Below, piece by piece: positions 31,325 to 39,853 of a stretch of DNA of 64,000 nucleotides. The stretch is from an uncultured Phycisphaerales bacterium (lineage in GTDB: Bacteria > Planctomycetota > Phycisphaerae > WQYP01), in NCBI GenBank assembly GCA_963766775.1, contig CAVYBP010000006.1, forward strand, positions 6,939 through 70,938, in the 5' to 3' direction. The translations under genes and the position numbers were made by a program. Positions within the stretch are counted from its first letter, which is position 1. The number at the start of each line of letters is the position of its first letter. Under the pieces are notes generated by a model. That model did no database searches. It saw only the letters and a program-made list of their open reading frames with translations, and was not told the DNA's origin.

Positions 31325-32010
31325 TCTTCTCGACCATCCAGCCGATCATGTTCGTGCTGCTGTTCGCCTACGTGTTCGGCGGCGCGGTGCGCGGCTCGCT
31401 GCACGGCGTCAAGTACATCGACTTCCTGCTGCCCGGCATCTTCGTGCAGTCGGTGGCATTCCGCGCGACCCAGACCGCGGTCGGCCTCTCCGAGGACCTG
31501 GAGCGCGGGGTGGTGGATCGCTTCCGCTCGATGCCGATGACGCGATCGGCCGTGCTGATCGGGCGCACGGTGGCCGACCTCGTGCGCAACGTCCTGATCA
31601 TCGGGCTGATGATCGTCGTGGGCTACCTGATCGGCTTTCGCTTCCACGCCGGGCTGCTGCAAGCGCTGGCCTCCGTGGCCATCGTCAGCGCCTTCGGCTT
31701 CGCGCTGAGCTGGATCTTCGCGTTCGTCGCGCTGACCGTGCGCGGCGCCGAGGCGGCCCAGTCGGCCGGCTTCGTCGTGATCTTCCCGCTGGTGTTCGCC
31801 AGCTCGGTGTTCGTGCCGGTCTCGAGCATGCCGCACTGGCTGCAGGCCTTCGCGAAGGTGAGCCCGGTGACGCTGACGGCGAACACCGCGCGCTCCTATG
31901 CGCTTCACGGCGGCGTGCCGAGCTCGCTTGGAGGAGCGGCGGCCTGGATCGCCGGACTGTTGGTCGTGTTCATCCCGCTGTGCGTGTGGCGATACCGGCG
32001 GATGAGCTGA
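31221..32010 (+). CDS. ABC-2 type transporter permease (DrrB-like); one early frameshift as written
   Basis: ..VVTGRNLRHFIRQPQLLIFSTIQPIMFVLLFAYVFGGAV.. followed by six hydrophobic helices to 32010. The candidate TTG start at 31221 is in another frame, with the change near 31255. Confidence 0.75.
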
Positions 32011-32092
32011 ACCCAGAAGCGGCGCACCGGCGGCTGGCAGCGGGCGGCTGCCGGTCTTGGCGCCGGGCGTACACTCCCTCTTCGATGGGGGC

Positions 32093-32296
32093 ATGACCAG
32101 GATCGAGTCGGTGCCGCCGGGGTCGCGACGCGTTGCGAGGTGTCCGGGTTCGGTCCTGGCCGTCCTGGCCGTCCTGGCGGTCCTGGCCATCGCGACGATT
32201 GCCGGCGCCACCTCGCGGGCGTGGGCGACCGCTCCGACGGCCACGTTCGGCAAGGGGACCGTCGGTGGTGGCGCGGATCCAATCGGCTCTGACTAG
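32093..32296 (+). CDS. Small TM-segment ORF; the last gene-like feature of the GC-rich half
   Basis: MTRIESVPPGSRRVARCPGSVLAVLAVLAVLAIATIAGATSRAWA... It contains the 9-bp x4 repeat. Its stop lies in the CTAG at the composition breakpoint. Confidence 0.3.
   Translation: MTRIESVPPGSRRVARCPGSVLAVLAVLAVLAIATIAGATSRAWATAPTATFGKGTVGGGADPIGSD
32153..32188 (+). repeat. 9-bp tandem repeat gtcctggc(c/g) x4
   Basis: gtcctggcc gtcctggcc gtcctggcg gtcctggcc, encoding (VLA)n within the small ORF. Confidence 0.95.
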
Positions 32297-32757
32297 AAGG
32301 TGCCGTAGAGGGCGTATTGAGGTTTGATGCGGGTATCGCCCGGAGCCGCGGTGCCCGGCGTGCCGCCGAGTTCTTCATTCTGCAGTTTTTCAAGCGTCGC
32401 TTTTTCTTCAACGAACAGCAGGCGGTCGCGCGTCGGTGCCTGATTGAGAAGACCGGCAAGGCGGGCAGCATAGATATCCATATTCCGGCCGGGCATGTCT
32501 TCCGTCTTGTTCTGCACGCCTTTTACGACAATCGTGACACGATATGGGCTCTGCGTGATCTCCGAAATGGTGAGCATGTCAGGAGCCATCCGATCGGTCA
32601 TTTCTCGCAAATCACGGCTCTGCAGTCCGTGCTCATTGGACACAACTTTATCCATATCCGGCCGCATTTCCGCCCGGCTCTTTTCGCCACAGCCGACCAC
32701 CGCCATCCCAAGGACCGCCGCCAAGCAACCGACAGCCAATCTGTTCACAATGCTCAT
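32293..32757 (-). CDS. LpoB/COG3417-like lipoprotein, 3'-truncated at the breakpoint
   Basis: Lipobox LGMAVVGCG. The domain pattern ..RVTIVVKGVQNKTED..IYAARLAGLLNQ..LLFVEE.. ends at PQYALYGTF*, where related proteins continue for roughly 35-45 more residues (from memory of E. coli LpoB). Confidence 0.55.
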   Translation of the reverse strand: MSIVNRLAVGCLAAVLGMAVVGCGEKSRAEMRPDMDKVVSNEHGLQSRDLREMTDRMAPDMLTISEITQSPYRVTIVVKGVQNKTEDMPGRNMDIYAARLAGLLNQAPTRDRLLFVEEKATLEKLQNEELGGTPGTAAPGDTRIKPQYALYGTF

Positions 32758-32859
32758 GATTCCTCCGATTTGTTTTAAACGTGGAAATTTTCGCTCGTAT
32801 GGTCACTAGATTACTGCCGAGGTGGAAGGTTAGTCAAAGGGATCGCACGGGCGGAAAGA

Positions 32860-34047
32860 ATGGAGACCGCAATGCGTTGGAGCGCTCAAACGGCTACAAT
32901 TGCTCGGATCATGAAACAAAAACCTGCCATTGGTGGAAAAAAGAAACCGTCCTCAAAAGAAGATGCAGCCGCCGCGAAGCCCCCGGTGGAGGTTATTCCC
33001 GAGGCCGTCGCTGTGGAAGCTGTGGACGTTGCCGTCGCGGAAGTCGCGGATGAAGAAGTCCTGCAGCAGATGCAATTCGACATCAAGCACGACTTGCAGA
33101 AGCGCGTCGATCTGTACCTGCGCGATCGTCTTCCCGATATGTCGCGCGCCATGCTGCAGAAAATGGTGAAAGCGGGCGGGGTGATGGTGAATGGCCGTGC
33201 GGCAAAAAGCTCGACATTATTGCGGGCGGGAGATGTGGTGAACGTGGCGTTGCCGAAAATTGTCCCGCTCGAATCCTTGCCGGAGAATATTCCGCTCGAC
33301 ATCGTGCACGAGGATGCGCAATTTATTGCCGTGAACAAGCAGGCCGGGCTGATCGTCCACCCTGCTCGCGGACACTGGAGCGGCACGCTGATTAACGCGA
33401 TTCTCTGGCATGCCCAAGAAACCCAGGGAACCCTCTCCGTCGGTTCAGACCCCTGGCGCCCGGGCATTATTCACCGGCTCGACCGCGACACCACCGGCCT
33501 TATCCTTATCGCGAAAACCGATGAGGCCCATTGGCGCCTCGCCGGCCAGTTTGAACGCCGCACCATCAAGAAAACCTACCTCGCCCTCGTCCACGGCGAA
33601 ATGGACCTCGACAGTGACCTCATCGACGCCCCCCTTGCCGTCCATCCTAAAATTCGCGAACGCTATGCCGTTCGCACCGACATCGGCAAACCGGCCCAGA
33701 CGGTCTATGTCGTCAAGGAACGCTTCAAAGGCTATACCCTGCTCGAACTCCTCCCCAAGACCGGACGCACGCATCAGCTCCGCGTGCATTGTGCCCACGT
33801 CGGCCATCCGATCGTCGGCGACGTCGCTTACGGAGGCAAGGCGATCACGCTTCGCGATATCGAAGGCCAAAAATCCAAGACCGCCGGCAGCGCGAGTGAA
33901 GAGCCGCTGATCGAACGTCAGGCCCTGCACGCACATCGGCTTCAATTCGTCCATCCCACGCAGTTCACGCGCATGCACCTCGAGGCCGCGATGCCCCCGG
34001 ACATGGTGCACATTTGCGAGCTTCTGCGGATTCATCGAAAACGGTGA
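32860..34047 (+). CDS. rluD: RluA/RluD-family 23S rRNA pseudouridine synthase with an S4 domain and an acidic/Lys-rich N-terminal extension
   Basis: Intact ORF. S4-like region RVDLYLRDRLPDMSRAMLQKMVKAGGVMVNG, catalytic HRLDRDTTGLILIAKT, and TGRTHQLRVH. The start could instead be the ATG at 32911. Confidence 0.85.
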   Translation: METAMRWSAQTATIARIMKQKPAIGGKKKPSSKEDAAAAKPPVEVIPEAVAVEAVDVAVAEVADEEVLQQMQFDIKHDLQKRVDLYLRDRLPDMSRAMLQKMVKAGGVMVNGRAAKSSTLLRAGDVVNVALPKIVPLESLPENIPLDIVHEDAQFIAVNKQAGLIVHPARGHWSGTLINAILWHAQETQGTLSVGSDPWRPGIIHRLDRDTTGLILIAKTDEAHWRLAGQFERRTIKKTYLALVHGEMDLDSDLIDAPLAVHPKIRERYAVRTDIGKPAQTVYVVKERFKGYTLLELLPKTGRTHQLRVHCAHVGHPIVGDVAYGGKAITLRDIEGQKSKTAGSASEEPLIERQALHAHRLQFVHPTQFTRMHLEAAMPPDMVHICELLRIHRKR

Positions 34048-34059
34048 GCGGAATTCGTT

Positions 34060-35295
34060 TTGTTCGCGACACGCGATTGTTACAATGCGGCCCGCACAAG
34101 CGCTTCGGGGACCGTGCGCTTTGATTCTTGGAGTGCCTGCTTTTCTCAATCGGCCGGAATGCCGGGAAAGCAGTGCTGGAGCCGCCCTTCGGTGAGTGAA
34201 CCTGCGACATCAGCGGAGTTGATCCGTACGCCGCTTCAGTTGTATCGGCTGCCCGTGGACAAGGCGGGGCCGGCGGTGGCGTTTCTGCATGCGCGGTCGC
34301 AGGGCGTCATGGATTTGATCGCGCACTTCTGGGAGCGATTGGCGCAGACCCCCCCACTCCAGAGAAACGATCTTCACCTGATCGTCGCCGCCTCCAATGA
34401 ATTGTCGAATGAACATATAGACATACAAAATTTAGACGGCAGGATTTCCGGCGCGATGCTGTACGTGCCCAAGGCGCATTGCGCGGATGTGCTGGCACTC
34501 GATCCGGTGACGGCGTCGGCCTTCTGTATGTACATCCGGCATCGAGGGGTTGCTGCGATAAGGTCCGATAATGGAAAGACGCATTCCGCTTCTACAGATA
34601 CGGTTGAGCCCGCACCTGCGGAAAAGGATGGGGTATTAGATGATAATACCTTGTCAGTGCTTGATTTATCTTCTCAAGTGAAGGGGGTGGCACCGGCATC
34701 CGATTTGTCATCGATTGCGTCGGTGCCCGCTATCACCGCCGAGCAGATTCCCATCGATTTTATTACGGGGCCGTCGGAGACGATTGAATGGATGGTCCCA
34801 GTGCTTTTACCACTGGTGCATCGGAAGAGTCCCGCCCGGCGGCTGGTCAATTCCGTAATGCAACTGCCGGAAAACGTACCATGTGCAAGCGACAGTAATG
34901 TGCGACTCGCGAAAGAATCAGATGTGCCCACATTGAATCGTTGGCGAAAACAATATCGTGAGGAGCGGGGCATTTTGTTCAACGCGGATCTTGACGCATG
35001 GGTCGATGCGGGCCGCGTGTTCGTCTATGAACACGACAAGCAAGTCGTTGCGATTGCGAAGTTTGATCTGGAACTGCATCGGTTGATTGAGATCGGGGGG
35101 GTCTATACTTTTCCGGAGTTCCGCCAGCAAGGTTTCGGTGGGAAGATCGTGAGCGACTTGGCGTGTCGTATCCGGGAGGCAGGGAAAATTCCTACCTTGC
35201 AGGTGGATGAGTCGAATGCCCCCGCAATGAATCTCTATCATAGCGCAGGCTGGCTGCCCATGGGAAAATTATCCCGAGTCTGGCTCACCGGATAG
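34060..35295 (+). CDS. GNAT-family N-acetyltransferase with a ~260-aa uncharacterised N-terminal region
   Basis: Intact ORF. The C-terminal ~130 aa read ..VFVYEHDKQVVAIAKFDLELHRLIEIGGVYTFPEFRQQGFGGKIVSDLACRI..NAPAMNLYHSAGW (acetyl-CoA binding Q/RxxGxG/A pattern). The start is uncertain, and the gene is lower in GC than its neighbours. Confidence 0.7.
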   Translation: MFATRDCYNAARTSASGTVRFDSWSACFSQSAGMPGKQCWSRPSVSEPATSAELIRTPLQLYRLPVDKAGPAVAFLHARSQGVMDLIAHFWERLAQTPPLQRNDLHLIVAASNELSNEHIDIQNLDGRISGAMLYVPKAHCADVLALDPVTASAFCMYIRHRGVAAIRSDNGKTHSASTDTVEPAPAEKDGVLDDNTLSVLDLSSQVKGVAPASDLSSIASVPAITAEQIPIDFITGPSETIEWMVPVLLPLVHRKSPARRLVNSVMQLPENVPCASDSNVRLAKESDVPTLNRWRKQYREERGILFNADLDAWVDAGRVFVYEHDKQVVAIAKFDLELHRLIEIGGVYTFPEFRQQGFGGKIVSDLACRIREAGKIPTLQVDESNAPAMNLYHSAGWLPMGKLSRVWLTG

Positions 35296-35299
35296 GCAA

Positions 35300-35315
35300 T
35301 GTTCCACGTGGAACT
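35300..35315. promoter_or_regulatory. parS-like site 1: tGTTCCACGTGGAACt
   Basis: Perfect 14-bp palindrome GTTCCACGTGGAAC (35301-35314), about 90 bp upstream of parB. It differs from the canonical GTTTCACGTGAAAC by one symmetric position per half-site. Confidence 0.7.
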
Positions 35316-35363
35316 TGTTTGGATCAAAAACCAGTTGACCAAGGCGACCCATCTAGAGTAGAA

Positions 35364-35379
35364 CGTTCCACGTGGAACC
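35364..35379. promoter_or_regulatory. parS-like site 2: cGTTCCACGTGGAACc
   Basis: The identical 14-bp palindrome at 35365-35378. It is 64 bp centre-to-centre from site 1 and 26 bp before the parB ATG. Confidence 0.7.
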
Positions 35380-35403
35380 TCTCTCGAGAATGGAGTCTCT
35401 CTC

Positions 35404-36351
35404 ATGACCACCAAAGACCGCCCCCGCCTTGGTCGTGGCCTCAAGTCGCTCATCTCTTCCCCCGTGATGATGCAACATCCTCAAGCCTCCTCCCAGCCAA
35501 CCTCCTCCAGCGACGCTGACCTCAAAGATCGGCTGACCCAAGTCGAAATCACCTCCATCCAACCCAACCCCCATCAGCCCCGTGCGGCCATGGACCCCAT
35601 CGCACTCCGCGAACTCGCCGCCTCCATCAAAGCCTCCGGCATCCTCCAACCCGTCATTCTCCGTCCTTCCTCCCCCATCGACGGCAAGCCCTCGTACCAA
35701 CTCGTCGCCGGCCATCGCCGCACCGAAGCCGCCAAACTCGCGGGCCTCACCCACGTTCCCGCCATCATCCGCCAGGATTCCACCGATGAACGCCAAGCCG
35801 AATGGGCACTCGTCGAAAATATCCAACGCCAGGACCTCAACGCCATCGAACGCGCCAAGGCCTACCGCTCCTACGTCGATAAATTCCACTTCACCCACGC
35901 ACAAGCCGCTGAACGTCTCGGTGAAGACCGCACCACCATCAGCAACTTCCTACGCCTCTTGGACCTCAACCCCGGCGTGCAAGACCTCGTCGGCCGAGGC
36001 ATCCTCTCCGCAGGCCACGCCAAAGTCCTCGCTGGCGTGACCGATCCCGCCCAACAGGATGCCTACGCCAACCGCGTCGTCACCGACGGCCTGAGCGTTC
36101 GAAAACTCGAAGAGCTTATCACCGCCCCGCCGGCCGCGCTGGAGTCCGAAGAAGACACCACCACCGTCTCCGCCCATACCCGTACCCTCATCGCCAAAAG
36201 CCCCCATGTCGTTGAACTGGAACAAGACCTCTCCCGAAAACTCGGCACAAAACTCCGCATCTTCCCCAGCAAAAAGAAAAATACCGGAAAAATCATCATC
36301 CAATACTTCTCCCTTGATGAATTCGACCGAATTGTGGAAAAGTTTAGCTAG
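35404..36351 (+). CDS. parB: Chromosome partitioning protein ParB (Spo0J)
   Basis: Intact 315-aa ORF. Motifs: IQPNPHQPR, GILQPVILRP, LVAGHRRTEAAKLAG (the GxxRxxA arginine patch), ENIQRQDLN, and the HTH region HAQAAERLGEDRTTISNFLRLL. Confidence 0.9.
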   Translation: MTTKDRPRLGRGLKSLISSPVMMQHPQASSQPTSSSDADLKDRLTQVEITSIQPNPHQPRAAMDPIALRELAASIKASGILQPVILRPSSPIDGKPSYQLVAGHRRTEAAKLAGLTHVPAIIRQDSTDERQAEWALVENIQRQDLNAIERAKAYRSYVDKFHFTHAQAAERLGEDRTTISNFLRLLDLNPGVQDLVGRGILSAGHAKVLAGVTDPAQQDAYANRVVTDGLSVRKLEELITAPPAALESEEDTTTVSAHTRTLIAKSPHVVELEQDLSRKLGTKLRIFPSKKKNTGKIIIQYFSLDEFDRIVEKFS

Positions 36352-36437
36352 CTACATATCTATATTTAATATTACCCGACGTGCCTTCTGCCGCCGCGAT
36401 TCCTTCTACCATTCCGCAACTTCGCCACGGACCTCCA

Positions 36438-37557
36438 ATGCGTAAAACCCCACGCAAAACCATCATCCCTCCCAAAAAGCCGAGGAAGCACCCGGTTGCC
36501 CCACCCCCCCCCCCCGCACTCCCCGCCGCGACCTCCCGACGCCGCTCCAACAACGTCGAAGCCCTCCCCTCCACCGGCCCCGGCCATGCGTCCGCCGCGG
36601 GCCCCAAGTCCGGCGTCGTCATCGTCGGCTCCCTCAACATGGACCTCGTCGTCCGCACCGAAGTCATGCCCACCCCGGGCCAAACCGTCATGGGTCAGGA
36701 CCTCCTCGAAACCCCCGGCGGCAAGGGTGCCAACCAGGCCACCGCCGCCGGCCGCCTCTGGAATAAACGCTCACCCGGTGCCAAACTCATCGGCCGCATC
36801 GGCGAAGATGTCTACGGCACCCACATGCTCGCCGCACTCGAAAAAGCAAAAGTGGACACCACCTCCGTCCTCAAAACCCGGGGCATCCCCACCGGCACCG
36901 CGCATGATCATCGTCGACCGCCACGGCGAAAACGCCATCGTCGTCGCTGACGGCGCCAATCGCCGCCTCTCCGCCACCGACCTCCTCGCCCAGCGAAAAA
37001 CCATCGAAACCTCCACCGTCCTGATCGCACAACTCGAAATCCCCCACGACACCGTCGCCTGCGCCTTCGCCCTCGCCAAACGCTCCAACGTCCTGACCAT
37101 CCTCGACCCCGCGCCCGCCCCTCCAGAAGGCCTTCCCGAATCACTCTACCATGTAGATATCTTGACCCCTAATCAGTCAGAAGCGCAGCTCCTCACCGGA
37201 ATGCCCGTCCGCAACGTGGAGGAAGCCCGCCGCGCCGCCGAACGACTCCTCCTCCGGGGCACCCGCATCATCATTTTCAAAATGGGATCCCAGGGCGCCG
37301 TCATCGTCCAATACGATGGCCGCCACCAACCCCTCGCCCAACACATCACCGGCTTCCGCGTCCCCGTCGTCGACACCACCGCCGCCGGCGACGCCTTCAC
37401 CGGCGCCCTCGCCGTCGGACTCGCCGAAGCCATGCCCCTCCCCCAGGCCGTCCGCTTCGCCAACGCCGCCGGCGCCCTGGCCTGCATGAAGTCCGGAGCC
37501 GCCGCCTCCATCCCCACCCGCGCCGAAGTAGAAGCCTTCATGAAGGAACGCCAATGA
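36438..37557 (+). CDS. rbsK: Ribokinase (PfkB family); one frameshift near 36900 as written
   Basis: VVIVGSLNMDLVVR..PGQTV.G..ETPGGKGANQA in the frame of ORF 36381. Then MIIVDRHGENAIVV.., DTTAAGDAF.GAL and NAAGALAC in the frame of ORF 36496. The Pro-rich N-terminal extension contains a C12 run, so the start is uncertain. Confidence 0.85.
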
Positions 37558-37970
37558 GTACGCCCCCCAAAATCCCCGCAACCGACGACCGCTCCCAGCG
37601 CGGCACCGACACCCTCGCCAAAATCCACTCCGACTGGGGCACCCCCAACGTCCTTTCCCAACTCGACGACATCGCCCCCGACTTCAAAAACCTCATCCGC
37701 GACTTTGCCTTCGGCGAAATCTATTCCCGCCCCGGCCTCGACCTCAAATCCCGCCAACTCGCCACCGTCGCCGCCCTCGCCGCCATGAACAACTCCCCCC
37801 TCGAACTCAAAGCCCACCTTCACGGCGCCCTCAAACTCGGCTGGACCCAAACCGAACTCGTCGAACTCCTCATGCAAATCTCCCTCTACGCCGGCTTCCC
37901 CGCCACCATCCACGGCCTGCTCATCGCCAAAGAAGTCTTCAGCGAGCAGCCACCGACCCGCCAACCATGA
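37554..37970 (+). CDS. Carboxymuconolactone decarboxylase (CMD/AhpD-like) family protein
   Basis: Intact ORF. FAFGEIYSRPGLDLKSRQLATVAALAAMN..ELKAHLHGALKLGWTQTELVELLMQISLYAGFPA. The ATGA overlaps the ribokinase stop. Confidence 0.8.
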   Translation: MSTPPKIPATDDRSQRGTDTLAKIHSDWGTPNVLSQLDDIAPDFKNLIRDFAFGEIYSRPGLDLKSRQLATVAALAAMNNSPLELKAHLHGALKLGWTQTELVELLMQISLYAGFPATIHGLLIAKEVFSEQPPTRQP

Positions 37971-38091
37971 CCTCAACAATGCGGCATCCCCCCGCCAAAT
38001 TAGCCAAGCTCATTCATATTCTTCTGGCAAATTTCATTTTCATGATTATTCTATGCGAATTACGAATCATAAAGACATGAACAGGTGACGC

Positions 38092-38701
38092 ATGCAACCG
38101 CTCAAGGTCCAGAACTCCTCGGGCGACATCGCGGAATTCTCTGTCGACCGCTTCGCGGGCACGATGGTGCGCATAGGGATCCTGCCCGCCGATGCCTTCG
38201 CCATCGCAAACTCCCTGGCGGCCGTTCTGAAACAAAAGTTCGCCGCCGTCGGCGATCCGGTCCCCACTTCCCTCTTGAGTCATCTCGCCGTCAATGCCCT
38301 TGAAACCGACCTGCGGCAAAGCGGTGTCCAGCAGTTGCTCAATGCCACCATTGAGCCTTTTCTCGCCGCAAACGCCGCACGCAATCTTCCCCAAGCCAGC
38401 CTCGTGCAGGGCACTGCCGCCCCCGTTGCACTGCGCGGTCCATCCCAGTACGGACTGGTTCCACTCCGGATGCTCTTCAATGGCATTCGAGAACTCGACA
38501 ATGATTTTTCCGAATACGGGCAGGCCTTGATCGACTTCATCGGGGCTGCCGTGGAACAAGTCGTCGAAAAAAAAATCCCGCTGTTCGCGGATGCGGTAGG
38601 CAAGACACTTGGGCTGGAAGCGAATGCTCTGAAGCATTTCAAGCAGCGATTGCTTGCCGACATCCCCGGACAACCTCTCACGCGCACACAATGGCCCTCA
38701 T
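38092..38701 (+). CDS. Hypothetical protein, ~200 aa, with a possible ATP-cone-like N-terminus; 3' end unresolved
   Basis: LKVQNSSGDIAEFSVDRFAGTMVRIGILPADAFAIANSLAAVLKQKF loosely resembles an ATP-cone. A protein-like sequence continues to ..LADIPGQPLTRTQ. The literal ORF (to 39000) then runs as junk over the next gene, and a stop exists in a neighbouring frame at 38699-38701. Confidence 0.45.
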
Positions 38702-39853
38702 TGAAAAATACGAAAAGCTCGTCGAGAAAAATTTCTTCGGCAAAGACGATCCCATTGATGAAGCGACCCAGAAAAAACTCATCACCTATCTCACTCAGGC
38801 ATTGCGCACTCCCTACGGCTCATGGGACGTACCTGAAGGAATGGACTTCGTCAAAGTCGCAACGACCGAACGCCTGCAGCTCCTGTACAACCCACGCTCC
38901 ACAGCCGACACGTCCGCATACCCCCTCTACTGTTCCGTCGCGACCGACGAAAGCGTCCTGTCAAATACCGGAAACGACGAGCCTCAGGCGATCAAGGTGA
39001 ACTATCGCGGAAATATCGTCCCCGCTCTGATCGCACCCGACGATTCAGTGCCCTCCGCGACCGACGTGACCGCGGGCTGGATGAAGATTTTGGGCAAGGA
39101 CTGGAAGGGCGCATTGACCGACGACCTCCCGCTCAAGCCGCCGGGTTATTGGGACGGCGTCCCCGTCGGTATCCGCGTCCATTACTACAACTGGTTCCTG
39201 ATCGAGCCCGACAGCATTTCGTCCTCAAAGCTTTTCAAAGAAGGGCTGAAGAATCTGGAAAAAACGCTCGACGACCAGAAGAAGGAGTTGGCGGACAAAG
39301 CACAAAAAGCTGTCGACGATGCGCTCAAGAGGACCAACTACCCTGGAAGCAACCTGGCGGGACAACTCGCCGGAGAAATTGTGAAGTTCCTCGTGCCATG
39401 GCTCATCGACATGCTTTCCGACAACAAATTCCCCACAATCACGATCACCCACATTACCGTGCGCCCGACGTGGACGTGACACCGTTTTCTCAGGTGTCCA
39501 TGACGACGAACAAAGCCATTCAACCGTTGATGAAGCCGCAGATCGACGCCACAGGCCGGATTACGGGATTCACCAAGGACTACGGTTTTATCAGCGACCA
39601 AGTTTATTACTCCGCCTGGTATGGTCCGTCGGCCCCCACTCACTCGCCATGGGGACTCAAGGAAGCCGTGGCAAAAGCCCCCGAAGGCAGTGCGGTCGTA
39701 TGGAGGAAGCCGGTGAACGGTTTCGGAGTCTTCGTCCAACAGAACGAACCGAACTCCGCATTTTGGACCAAGGACGGCGTCTACGTGACATGCCTCCGCG
39801 CAGATGTCCACCTGGTGCCGAAGGACGATCCAAACTTCGGCGGCGGCGTTTAA
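38691..39853 (+). CDS. Hypothetical protein, ~385 aa; one frameshift near 39465 as written
   Basis: MALIEKYEKLVEKNFFGKDDPIDEATQKKLITYL... to ..FPTITITHITV in one frame. It continues as ..DVDVTPFSQVSMTTNKAIQP...VYVTCLRADVHLVPKDDPNFGGGV in the frame of ORF 39149..39853. Includes a coiled-coil-like segment (LEKTLDDQKKELADKAQKAVDDALK). No family recognised. Confidence 0.5.

Noticed and set aside
28708-32010. A single 1100-aa forward ORF spanning 3.3 kb
   Set aside because: It is a composite. Only parts of it coincide with the real frames of the acylase and the permease. The rest is Arg/Pro/Ala-rich junk that stays open only because stop codons are rare at this GC content.
32275-32296. GGATCC plus CTAG near the breakpoint, as a possible synthetic linker or adaptor
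   Set aside because: The string does not match any sequencing adaptor or standard stop-linker I know. CTAG alone is too short to distinguish design from chance, so only the breakpoint itself is reported.
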